DNA of 64,000 nucleotides, taken from Nannocystales bacterium. GTDB taxonomy: Bacteria; Myxococcota_A; Polyangia; Nannocystales; Nannocystaceae. Shown here one piece after another: positions 51,756 to 60,505 of this stretch. The notes below the pieces were generated by a model. The model had not been told where the DNA came from. It saw only the letters and a list, made by a program, of their open reading frames with translations, and ran no database searches. Where the stretch lies: positions 32,001 through 96,000 of the forward strand of contig JBOEGF010000032.1 in the NCBI GenBank assembly GCA_050633305.1, written 5' to 3'. Made by a program: the position numbers and the translations under genes. Within the stretch, counting starts at the first letter, position 1, and every line of letters starts with the position of its first letter.

Positions 51756-53413
51756 TCCGCGCACGAACGCTTCGCCCCCTTCGCTCGACGATCGCCGCAG
51801 GTCTCGTTGCCGCGCTCGCCGTCATGCCATCGTCGTCCGCGCACGCCACCGTCGGTCCGGCCGCAACCAGCCCAGCGCTGATCGCCGCGCAACCCCTGGC
51901 TCTGCTGGCCTCCGACGCGCTCGACGACGTCGACGCCGCCCTCCTCGCGTGGGACCTGCCTGCCGCACGTGCTGCGATGAAGCGAGCACCAGATACACCG
52001 CAGGCCAAGGTGAAGCGCGGCGTCGTCAAGCTGTATGAGGCCGAGTACACCGAGGCCGAAGCCTTGCTCGCAGAGGTCATCGCCGCGGGCACCCTGCCCG
52101 AGGGCAGCGCGGCGCTCGAGGAGGCCACACACTACCTGGGCTTGTCCCGCGGCGCCCAGACGGCGCTCGATCAGGCGATCGTCGTTCGAAGCGAAGATGG
52201 CAACTTTGAAGCGGTGTTCGCCAGCGATGAAGACGCGCTGTTGGCCCCCTACCTCTTCGACGCCATGAAGGACGCCCGAGAGCGCATCGGGGCGATCATC
52301 GGGGTCGTCCCCGCGCACACGGTCCGGTTCGAGTTCCTCGACTTGGCCACCAAGCTCGCCCTTGTCACCCCGCTCTCCGTCGAGAACATTCGGACCACCG
52401 GCACCGTCGGGGTGACCAAGTACCGCCGCGTCATGATGATCTCGCCGCGGATCATGGTGTACGGCTACGGATGGCTGGACACGGCAGTCCACGAGTACGT
52501 GCACTACGTACTAACAATGCGCACCGACAACCTCGCCCCGGTCTGGCTGCAAGAAGGCCTCGCCAAGCTGCTGGAGACACGATGGCGGCGGACCGATCCC
52601 GAGCCGTTGAGCCCCACCATCGCCTACCGGCTCCATCGGGCGATCGTTGACGATGACCTGGTGACGCTCTCCGAGATGTATCCCTCCGTCGCGATGCTTC
52701 CCAGCGCGGAACGGGCCGCCCTCGCCTACGCCGAGGTCGAAACGATGCTGGGCCTGCTTCACGAGCGTAAGGGCAACGAAGGGATTGCGCGGCTGCTCGA
52801 CAAAGTCGCTGCGGGTGAGGACGCCGAGGCAGCCTTGGCGCACGCGTGGGGAGACGACTTCGAAGCGTTCATGTCGGAGTGGAAGCGCGTCACCAAGGCG
52901 CGCACCGCCAGCGGGGAAGACGGCGAGCTGTCCACGCCCGAGTTCAAGGACGGCAAGCCTGCACCCGAGCAATTCGGAGACGTCTTCTCCGAGCTTGGCG
53001 GGGGCGTCGCCCGCCAGCACGCTCGTTTGGGCGCGCTGCTCCAGGCCCGCGACCACGACCACGCCGCCGCCGCACAGTACGAAAAGGCGCGCAAAGCCGA
53101 CAAGCGGGCCCGCAAGGACCCAACACTGGCGCGGCGACTGGGGCGTCTGTACGTCGACCTCGAGCGATTCGCGGAGGCGGTGCCGCTGTTGGACATCGCC
53201 GCCGCGCTCGACCCCGAGAACGCCAACCTCGCCGCTGCCCAGGGGCGGGCGAGACTTCGCAGCGGAGATCGGGATGGGGCGAGCGAGGCCCTGGACCGGG
53301 CCATCCGCAACAACCCATTCATCCCCACCCTGCACTGCGACCTTGCAGCGCTCGCGCCCACGGAAGCGCGGAAGCTGGCCGAGCAGAAGCTCTGCGATCC
53401 CAAGGCCCGCTGA
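51752..53413 (+). CDS. Exported MA-clan metallopeptidase-like protein with TPRs
   Basis: Signal peptide; HEYVH...PVWLQEGLA; TPR helices. Confidence 0.8.
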   Translation: MIRARTLRPLRSTIAAGLVAALAVMPSSSAHATVGPAATSPALIAAQPLALLASDALDDVDAALLAWDLPAARAAMKRAPDTPQAKVKRGVVKLYEAEYTEAEALLAEVIAAGTLPEGSAALEEATHYLGLSRGAQTALDQAIVVRSEDGNFEAVFASDEDALLAPYLFDAMKDARERIGAIIGVVPAHTVRFEFLDLATKLALVTPLSVENIRTTGTVGVTKYRRVMMISPRIMVYGYGWLDTAVHEYVHYVLTMRTDNLAPVWLQEGLAKLLETRWRRTDPEPLSPTIAYRLHRAIVDDDLVTLSEMYPSVAMLPSAERAALAYAEVETMLGLLHERKGNEGIARLLDKVAAGEDAEAALAHAWGDDFEAFMSEWKRVTKARTASGEDGELSTPEFKDGKPAPEQFGDVFSELGGGVARQHARLGALLQARDHDHAAAAQYEKARKADKRARKDPTLARRLGRLYVDLERFAEAVPLLDIAAALDPENANLAAAQGRARLRSGDRDGASEALDRAIRNNPFIPTLHCDLAALAPTEARKLAEQKLCDPKAR

Positions 53414-53518
53414 GAGGCCCGCAGTTCGTACCCAGACCTACGGCGAGATCGTCAGACGCCCGGCGGAGCGAGGTCCGTCGGGCGTCTGTCGTGAGTCGGT
53501 GTCGAACGCGACCGGGCG

Positions 53519-54703
53519 CTAGGCGACGCCCACGGAACCGTGCGGGGAGTTCACCGCATCCAAGGTGGGGTCCGCACCTGAAACACGGCGCTTCTTCGCC
53601 GCGCGCTGGAAGGTGCCATCGATCTGGCGGAGCAGTCGCCGAAGGCTCTTGCACACGGGTGCCGCCTGCCGGACCAGCACCCCAACCTGAAAGCCGATCT
53701 CGGGGGGTCCGATCCGGTCGATGACCAGCCGGACAGTCCCGACCACGGCTTGAATCTCCCGCCCCGCATCCTCCGTCGGCTGAGCGTCGACGTCAAAGAA
53801 CACGTGCGCCAGTCGGCAAAGAGCTCGAGCCGCGAGGGCTTCGTCGACATCCGACGTGCAGCGACCGGTCACGACTTCGGCATGACGCAGTAAGAACGCG
53901 CCGAGCACGTCCGGTGTCTGGGAGAGGCGCGAGAGTTTCTCCACCACCTCGGGGTATGCGACCGCCACGACCTCCTCGACCGGCTCCGCGTTCCCCCCCG
54001 GGCGCGCCGTGAATCCACGCGCCAACAGACCCTCCCATCGACCCACGATCGTTCGGGCGCACCGGGTCTTGCCCGGCAGCCACGTGGCCTCAGCGTCCAG
54101 CCAACCGAGCATTCCGTGAACCGCCTGCGAGCCGACCAGCTCCCCTGCGGTGGCGTGGATCGGCTGTCCACCATCGAGGTAGATCGTTCCGAAGCGCTCC
54201 GGTCGGTTCGCCGTTTCCGCGCAACGCAGGTGTAGGGCGCCGTGGGCTCCCGCTGCGCAGTGCAGGGTCAACAGCATCGGCGTGGGCACACCGGTCGTCG
54301 TGCCCGAGAACCCCGCATCCGGAGCCGGCTGCCGGAGCAGCTCCTGAAGCTGCTTGGCGCCGAACGGACGTGCGAGCAGTCCGGCGGCACCAAGGTGGCA
54401 GGCGGTGGCGACCCGGTCGTCGTCCAACCGCTCGGCATAGGCGATGACCGGAAGACCAGGAAACCGCGTCTCGATCTCCGCCACGAGTTCGGTCGCAGCA
54501 TCCGACCCGAGGTCCAGGTTCACGACCACAGCGTCGAGCGCTCCTCCTGCCTCAAACACCGAGATGGCCGCCGCGACGCTTGGCACCACCTGGATTGCGA
54601 GCGGTTCGGGGAGCGCCGCGCCGTCCGCACGAAGGCCTTCTACGGACCCTGGGGAGGGGTCGACCAGCAGGATTGGGGTATGGGCGGAGCTGACGTCGTT
54701 CAT
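53519..54703 (-). CDS. Pseudo-receiver + DUF4388 + roadblock-like protein
   Basis: ILLVDP...DAVVVNL...ARPF; GFSG...GTIYLDGGQPIHA; C-terminal PDVLGAFLL...VGVLV. Confidence 0.72.
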   Translation of the reverse strand: MNDVSSAHTPILLVDPSPGSVEGLRADGAALPEPLAIQVVPSVAAAISVFEAGGALDAVVVNLDLGSDAATELVAEIETRFPGLPVIAYAERLDDDRVATACHLGAAGLLARPFGAKQLQELLRQPAPDAGFSGTTTGVPTPMLLTLHCAAGAHGALHLRCAETANRPERFGTIYLDGGQPIHATAGELVGSQAVHGMLGWLDAEATWLPGKTRCARTIVGRWEGLLARGFTARPGGNAEPVEEVVAVAYPEVVEKLSRLSQTPDVLGAFLLRHAEVVTGRCTSDVDEALAARALCRLAHVFFDVDAQPTEDAGREIQAVVGTVRLVIDRIGPPEIGFQVGVLVRQAAPVCKSLRRLLRQIDGTFQRAAKKRRVSGADPTLDAVNSPHGSVGVA

Positions 54704-54876
54704 GGAGCGGCCTTCGACTCCGTGTATCGGCAGACGGCGCGATCGGTTGAGGCGCTGGGGCGTCCCGACCTCGGCCGTCCCTCAGCACCGGGTTCCGACC
54801 GCGCAGGACCACATCCACATACCCGTTCCCAACGGCCAACCCGCCAACGAACCGAAACGGGACGCAGAGACTGGGC

Positions 54877-54914
54877 GTCAGAGGATTGACCCCAGTGGTC
54901 CAGAGTCGAATGAT
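54877..54914 (+). promoter_or_regulatory. FleQ-box-like palindrome overlapping a sigma70-like promoter of the activator gene
   Basis: GTCAGAGGATTGAC (54877-54890); TTGACC-N17-AATGAT (54886-54914). Confidence 0.45.
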
Positions 54915-54920
54915 CGGTGT

Positions 54921-56513
54921 GTGATTGCGGCCGATGATTCGATCCTTCCGGGGAGCTCCGTCCTTATCGTGGACGACCACGAGCCCCATCGGACGCTTTT
55001 GCAGAACTACCTGACCGCCGTCGGGTGCCAATGCATCGGCGCCGGCGGAGGAACCGAGGCGCTCGAGCAGCTGGGTAAACACGAGTTCGACATCGTGTTG
55101 TTGGACCTGCGCATGGATGACCTCGATGGCATGGAGGTTCTCAAGCGCGCTCGGGCGAAAGGACACACCGCGCCAACGATCATGATGTCCGCTGAGGGCA
55201 CGATCTCCCACGCGGTCGACGCCATTCGGCTCGGCGCGAAGGACTTCCTGGTCAAACCGTTCGAGCTCGAGCAGCTCCACGACACCGTGACCCGTGTCCT
55301 GGGGAGCGGGCGTGGTGGTGCGGCGTCCGGGCCCGACCCGCGAGCGTTGTGGCGAGATGCCCACGCCCCCGGCCTGATCGGGGACCACCCGAACCTGTTG
55401 GAGATATTCCTCGTCCTGGAGCGGATCTCAGGCACGGACTGCACGGTCCTGATCACCGGTGAGTCCGGCACGGGCAAGGAGCTCATCGCCCGGGCGATCC
55501 ACCACGCCTCGGGACGCGCGAAGAACCCCTTTGTCCCGGTCAACTGCGGGGCCATCCCGGAGACGCTCATCGAGAGCGAGCTGTTTGGGCACGCCAAAGG
55601 GGCGTTCTCGGGCGCGACCCAGGCCCGGGAGGGACGGTTTGCGGTGGCCGATGGAGGCACCTTGTTTCTCGACGAGATCGGGGAGATGTCCCTGTCGGTC
55701 CAGGTGAAGTTCCTGCGCGTCTTGCAGGAGCAGGAGTTCGTGCCCGTGGGGGAAACGCGACCGCGGAAGTGCGATGTCCGGATTCTGGCCGCCACGAACA
55801 AGGACCTCGAACAGATGTCCGCCGAGGGGTCCTTCCGCGAGGACCTGTTCTATCGACTGAACCTCATCCCGATCCACCTGCCGCCCCTGCGCGAGCGCTC
55901 GACCGACATCCCCTTGTTGGTCCGCTACTTCCTCGACCGTGATGCGCCCAAACGCCCCCGCCGCGTCGACGAGATCAGCGAGCGCGCGCTTTCGCTGATG
56001 GAGTCCTACCCCTGGCCTGGCAACGTCCGAGAGCTGGAAAACACCATCGAACGCATGGTGTTGCTGCACCAAGGCACCGGCACCCTCGACGTGGGCGACC
56101 TGCCGCCCAAGGTCCGCCAAGGGGCTGCGACCCCTCAGGCTCCGACCAGCCCTCCGGTGGCGGATCGCCCCACCCCGTCCGCGGCCCGCAGCGTGTTGTC
56201 CTTTCCGCTCTCCGCCCCCGCACCCGAGGCCCCGCCGCCGGCCGCCGCCCAAAGCGGCGAATACACCCTCGTACCCGACCCGTCCGAGTCCGTGGTGGCA
56301 CGCCGCGTCGCGACGACGCCGGATGGTTTCTTGCTCCCCGAGAAGGGCCTGAACCTCCGCGAAGCCGTGGAAGCGTTTGAGATGAGCCTGATCCAGCAGG
56401 CACTCGAACGCACGGGCGGCAACAAGAACCAAGCATCGATCCTCTTAGGCATGAACCGAACCACGCTGGTCGAGAAGCTCCGCAAGCGAAAACGAAAAGC
56501 TGGCGGTTCGTGA
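54921..56513 (+). CDS. Sigma54-dependent response regulator, FleQ/FlrA-like
   Basis: REC (VDD, LDLRM, KPF), GESGTGKE, ESELFGH-GAFSGA, LFLDEIG, WPGNVREL, HTH LGMNRTTLVEKLRK; start uncertain. Confidence 0.9.
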   Translation: MIAADDSILPGSSVLIVDDHEPHRTLLQNYLTAVGCQCIGAGGGTEALEQLGKHEFDIVLLDLRMDDLDGMEVLKRARAKGHTAPTIMMSAEGTISHAVDAIRLGAKDFLVKPFELEQLHDTVTRVLGSGRGGAASGPDPRALWRDAHAPGLIGDHPNLLEIFLVLERISGTDCTVLITGESGTGKELIARAIHHASGRAKNPFVPVNCGAIPETLIESELFGHAKGAFSGATQAREGRFAVADGGTLFLDEIGEMSLSVQVKFLRVLQEQEFVPVGETRPRKCDVRILAATNKDLEQMSAEGSFREDLFYRLNLIPIHLPPLRERSTDIPLLVRYFLDRDAPKRPRRVDEISERALSLMESYPWPGNVRELENTIERMVLLHQGTGTLDVGDLPPKVRQGAATPQAPTSPPVADRPTPSAARSVLSFPLSAPAPEAPPPAAAQSGEYTLVPDPSESVVARRVATTPDGFLLPEKGLNLREAVEAFEMSLIQQALERTGGNKNQASILLGMNRTTLVEKLRKRKRKAGGS

Positions 56514-56739
56514 CGGTCAGCGGGCTCCCGGCCGAGAACGGGACACAGGACCGCCGACCGCAACCGGCGCTTTGACGCTGCGGCAGTTCGCCGGCGTCCC
56601 TCCCCAGGGCCGCCGGTTTTCTCGTTCCGGCGCACGCGCAGGAGCACTGGTCCGGTCGGCGAGATCGGAGGCCACGGGTCGGGCCCGGAGTGCATGTGCG
56701 GCGGCCCGCGTGAGGGCCACCGTCGTTGGCTCTTGGGTC

Positions 56740-56756
56740 CTGGCCCACGGTTTGCA
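56740..56756 (+). promoter_or_regulatory. Sigma54 -24/-12 promoter of flhG-fliA
   Basis: CTGGCCCACGGTTTGCA: GG-N10-GC with TGGC and TTGCA, 36 nt before the flhG ATG. Confidence 0.72.
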
Positions 56757-56792
56757 CAAGCTGTGGGGTGCGGAACAACCCGCCCCCTCGCG

Positions 56793-57689
56793 ATGAGCCA
56801 AGAAGTCCCCCAGTCCGTCTCCGCGACACAAGACGCCCCCGTCATCCCACTGCATGGTCGGCCTCAGCCCGCCCAAGCACGGGTCGTGGCAATCGCTTCG
56901 GGTAAGGGCGGCGTCGGCAAAACCAACCTCGCCGCCAACTTTGCCCTCGCGCTCGGCCGCCTCGGCGCTCGGGTGCTGGCCGTCGATGCCGACCTTGGGC
57001 TCGCCAACCTCGACATCGTGTTGGGCCTCGCGCCCTCGCATACCTCGCTCGACATCCTCACTGGAGATGTCGACATCGAAGATGTCTTGGTCCCGGCCAA
57101 GAACGACGTCTGGCTGCTGCCCGGATCCCCGGGCAACTACGACGCGAGCAACATCGAGGAACTTCGGCGATACGAACTCATGACCGCGATCGACACCCTG
57201 GACTCCCGGTTCGACACGGTCGTCATCGACACGGGATCCGGGCTGGGTCCGGGGACTCTGGGCTTCTGTGCCGCCGCCGAAGAGGTGTTGCTGGTGATCA
57301 CCCCCGAACCGACTGGGCTTTCCGACGGGCTTGGCATGCTTCGAGCGCTGCAAGCGAAACACGGCGTGCAGCACGTGAAGGTCGTCGCGAACATGGTCGG
57401 CAGTCCCGCCGAAGGTGAAGTGGCGTTTGAGCAACTCCAGACCATGTGCAACAGGTCCCTGGACGTACGCCTCGAGTATCTCGGCGCCGTCCCCTACGAC
57501 CCCAACGTTGGACGCGCCATCATGCGGGGCCAGCCGACGAACGAGGCGTACCCCGACAGTCCTTTTTGCCAGGGCATCGCCCACGTTGCGGACACGTTCC
57601 TGGCATCGACCCAACGCGGAGCGCGACCGGGCGCCTCGCAGATCTTCTGGCGCAGACTGTTGCGCCAGCGAAACCACGGAGGCGAATGA
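56793..57689 (+). CDS. flhG: MinD-like ATPase FlhG/FleN
   Basis: SGKGGVGKTN, DADLGLANLD, IDTGSG, ITPEPT, C-terminal amphipathic IFWRRLL; directly before fliA. Confidence 0.88.
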   Translation: MSQEVPQSVSATQDAPVIPLHGRPQPAQARVVAIASGKGGVGKTNLAANFALALGRLGARVLAVDADLGLANLDIVLGLAPSHTSLDILTGDVDIEDVLVPAKNDVWLLPGSPGNYDASNIEELRRYELMTAIDTLDSRFDTVVIDTGSGLGPGTLGFCAAAEEVLLVITPEPTGLSDGLGMLRALQAKHGVQHVKVVANMVGSPAEGEVAFEQLQTMCNRSLDVRLEYLGAVPYDPNVGRAIMRGQPTNEAYPDSPFCQGIAHVADTFLASTQRGARPGASQIFWRRLLRQRNHGGE

Positions 57690-58519
57690 TGAGTGCAGCA
57701 GTCGAGAAACTGATCCCCCGTTCGAGCCAGCCTGCGAGCAATCCTGCCGCACAGGCGGCCAACACGGCACCTGCAGGCTTGCACCGGGTCGACGACGGCG
57801 CTGCGCCAGCCAACGAACGTCCGCCCGCGGTCGACCCCGCGCAGTACATGGAGTTCGTCCGTCGGCTCGCCCGCCGCCTCGCCCGCAATCTCCCCAGTCA
57901 CGTCTCGTTCGACGACCTGGTCGGCGCGGGCATGCTTGGGCTGATCGATGCCAGTCGCCGCTTCGATCCGTCCAAGTCCGACCGCTTCGAGACCTTCGCC
58001 GAGTTCCGGGTCAAAGGCGCGATCCTCGACGAGTTGCGTCGCTACGATCTGATGGCCCGCAACGCGCGACTCGCGACGAAGCGGATCGCCCGGAAAACCC
58101 AAGAACTGACCGCCAAGCTCGGCCGGCCTCCCGTCGAGGAAGAGCTCGCGGCAGGCCTTGGCATGACCGTCGGGGACTACCGAGAACTCGTCGCGCGCGT
58201 AGGCAGCGTACGGATGCTCAGCCTCGACGAGATGAGTCGCAACGACGACGACGGGGGCCGCGGCATGGAGCTTCCGTCTCCGAGCCCCCGACCCGACGAG
58301 CTGAGCATGAAGCGGGAGATGGTCCGGCGGCTCGGTCGTGCCATCGGGAACCTTCCGCCGCGGAAACAGCGCGTGCTCGAGATGTACTATCAGCGGGAGA
58401 TGACGCTGCGCGAGATCGGGCTGGAGCTTGGGGTCACGGAATCCCGAATCTGTCAGATCATGGGCGAGGCCACGGCGAAGCTGCGCACCATGCTCCGCTC
58501 CGACAGTTCACCGCGCTGA
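57686..58519 (+). CDS. fliA: Sigma-28 factor FliA/WhiG
   Basis: DDLVGAGMLGLIDA, FETFAEFRVKGAILDELR, LGVTESRICQI. Confidence 0.93.
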   Translation: MMSAAVEKLIPRSSQPASNPAAQAANTAPAGLHRVDDGAAPANERPPAVDPAQYMEFVRRLARRLARNLPSHVSFDDLVGAGMLGLIDASRRFDPSKSDRFETFAEFRVKGAILDELRRYDLMARNARLATKRIARKTQELTAKLGRPPVEEELAAGLGMTVGDYRELVARVGSVRMLSLDEMSRNDDDGGRGMELPSPSPRPDELSMKREMVRRLGRAIGNLPPRKQRVLEMYYQREMTLREIGLELGVTESRICQIMGEATAKLRTMLRSDSSPR

Positions 58520-58553
58520 GACCTGCGCGACGGAGCGATGTCACAGTCAAACG

Positions 58554-58573
58554 CGGCCTTCGGGCCGTTTTTT
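58554..58573 (+). terminator. Rho-independent terminator after fliA
   Basis: CGGCC-TTCG-GGCCG followed by TTTTTT. Confidence 0.75.
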
Positions 58574-58794
58574 CAATGCGCATTTCCCGACTACCGCATC
58601 GAGCCTGTGTCATACTTGTGGAACCACTCCCTCCCACGACCCGTCCGGCCCCGTTCAACTGCGGGACTTCATCCGGCGACGATGGGATACGGCGATGGCG
58701 CCGGCCTGAAAAGGTCGCGAGAACCGACGGACCTGAACCAAGATGAGCAAACGGGAGAAGCCGAATCCTTCGACCGACCCCTCGGGAGACGCAA

Positions 58795-59040
58795 ATGCTG
58801 ACACTCACGCGGAAGATCGGACAGAAGATACTCATCGGCAACGGAATCGAGATCGTCGTCCGGGAGGTCCGGGGACGGCAGGTCCGGCTGGGAATCTCGG
58901 CGCCGGCGGGACTGCCGGTGTACCGGGAGGAGCTGTACCAGGGCATCGCGGACGAGAACATCAAGGCGTCGAAGACGCCGACTCCGGACGAGCTGTCGCG
59001 CCTCTTCGCGCAGTGGAAAGTACTCGCTTCGGGCGAATAG
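58795..59040 (+). CDS. csrA: Carbon storage regulator CsrA (long, FliW-regulated type)
   Basis: MLTLTRKIGQ, VRLGISAP, VYREE (R44), N55 and C-terminal extension. Confidence 0.93.
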   Translation: MLTLTRKIGQKILIGNGIEIVVREVRGRQVRLGISAPAGLPVYREELYQGIADENIKASKTPTPDELSRLFAQWKVLASGE

Positions 59041-59450
59041 AAGTTCCGCAGGCGCAGCTCATCACACTCCCGATGGGCTTGCCCGGCTTCCCGGAAGCCA
59101 AGACGTTCGTCCTCATCGACGGACACAGCGACAACCCGTTCCGATGGCTTCAGGCCTTCGAACGGCCCGACCTCGCGCTGATCGTCATCGATCCGCTCGA
59201 AGTCGCGCCCGACTTCCCGCTCGACCTCGTCCGGCGCTCGGCGTCTTTCGCTGGGATCGATCCTGACGAGGACCTGGTCGTGCTCGTCGTCTGCACGGTC
59301 GCGCAAACCGAAGAGCCCACCGCAAACTTCCTCTCGCCGATCGGCATTGGGAAACGATCGCGGCTCGGAGCGCAGGTCGTCGTCCACGAATCCGGCTTTG
59401 GCTCGCAGGAGAGATTTCTTCACCTGCTCGCAGCCCCAGACCGCGCGTAG
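59013..59450 (+). CDS. fliW: Flagellar assembly factor FliW
   Basis: STRFG, GLPGFPE, PFRWLQ, LIVIDP, TANFLSPI; GTG 59013 overlaps csrA. Confidence 0.9.
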   Translation: MESTRFGRIEVPQAQLITLPMGLPGFPEAKTFVLIDGHSDNPFRWLQAFERPDLALIVIDPLEVAPDFPLDLVRRSASFAGIDPDEDLVVLVVCTVAQTEEPTANFLSPIGIGKRSRLGAQVVVHESGFGSQERFLHLLAAPDRA

Positions 59451-59844
59451 TCGCGGTCCAAACCCGGACGTGCCCACCCGCGGCCGCCGAGCCCACGACA
59501 GTCGCAGCACCAATGTGCTGGCGGTTGTCGCGGGATCTTGCCGTCCGGCCGACCGTCAAATGCACCGGTCAACCGGATCGCCATGAATTCGGCGATCGTC
59601 AGCGTCCCGGGGGCCCGATCGCCATCGTCTCGTCGATCGTCGAGCTGATGGCGTCCGACGTCCAACCACCGCAACGCCGAGGACTCGACACGTGTGTACC
59701 TGTCGGTGTCGCAAGCGCCAGTGGCCCAGGATCGGCGCGTAGCCCAGTCAAGGACGCCTTCACAGGCAGTTCGTCCCCTCCCAGCGAGCAAAAGACGAAA
59801 CGGAGCCCACGTCAAATAATCGGCTCGTTCGCGCGAGCGCAGGG

Positions 59845-59862
59845 TTGGCACGCTTCGAGCAA
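59845..59862 (+). promoter_or_regulatory. Candidate sigma54 promoter of the HATPase-DGC operon
   Basis: TTGGCACGCTTCGAGCAA: strong -24 (TGGCACG), GG-N10-GC spacing, weaker -12. Confidence 0.5.
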
Positions 59863-59898
59863 CTAGTGTTCTCGCCTACCGATTCTTCGAGGACCGCC

Positions 59899-60498
59899 AT
59901 GCATCTCGTAACTACTCCCTCCGTCACCACTCCCGTCCGCGTCCTTCCCTTCAACGGTGCTTGTCGAGGTGAATCCGCGAACGACTCTGGATTGATGACA
60001 CCGCAGACCCGTACCCATCAGGTGAACATGCTCGTCGCCGGGTTGGTCGGTCGGGTCGCGGCTCGTGTGCAGTCCAAGAGCGTCAACATCGCCCTACGGC
60101 TTGCGCCCGGCGACCCGGCGGTGACGACCGACCCCGGCGAGCTCTCCTTCGTCATCGGAGCCGTCCTGGGTGCTGCCCTGCGGATCGTCGAAGAGGAGCG
60201 CGGTGAATACGTGGGAGTGCATGTCTCCGCGGCCCGCTCGAAGGTTCGTATCTCGATCACGACCGACGGCGTCCCACCGCTGCGCTTCGTTCGAGCACTC
60301 GACCCCCGTGGCACCAGCGGCGATGTCGACCCCACCCTCGCCCACTGCCGCCGGCTCGTCGAAGCACGCGGCGGTGCGTTGGTGCTGACCGAAGAAGATG
60401 GACGCCTCGGCTTCGCACTCGAGCTTCCCCGCGCCGTCCTCTCCCCCGGAATCCGACTCGTCCCCGGGCTCGCCGAATCTGTCCGCGAAGCTGCGTGA
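59899..60498 (+). CDS. Stand-alone degenerate histidine-kinase-like ATPase domain
   Basis: GAGGA RBS; LAHCRRLVEARGG...FALELP C-terminus; N and G boxes eroded; no HisKA. Confidence 0.6.
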   Translation: MHLVTTPSVTTPVRVLPFNGACRGESANDSGLMTPQTRTHQVNMLVAGLVGRVAARVQSKSVNIALRLAPGDPAVTTDPGELSFVIGAVLGAALRIVEEERGEYVGVHVSAARSKVRISITTDGVPPLRFVRALDPRGTSGDVDPTLAHCRRLVEARGGALVLTEEDGRLGFALELPRAVLSPGIRLVPGLAESVREAA

Positions 60499-60505
60499 AC
60501 GAACC

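Noticed and set aside
58520..58794. CsrB-like sRNA or GGA-rich leader before csrA
   Set aside because: About seven GGA in 275 nt is near chance for this GC content; no repeated GGA-loop hairpins
58745..58800. c-di-GMP-I riboswitch (GCAAAC...GACGCAAA)
   Set aside because: Spacing too long, no convincing stems, and it runs into the csrA start codon; an Infernal search would settle it
58743..59012. Long N-terminal extension of FliW in the ORF track
   Set aside because: It is the alternative frame over csrA; FliW similarity starts at GTG 59013
59451..59844. Short ORFs in the fliW-HATPase intergenic region
   Set aside because: No motifs, RBS or coding-like bias; probably regulatory DNA, though a small RNA cannot be excluded
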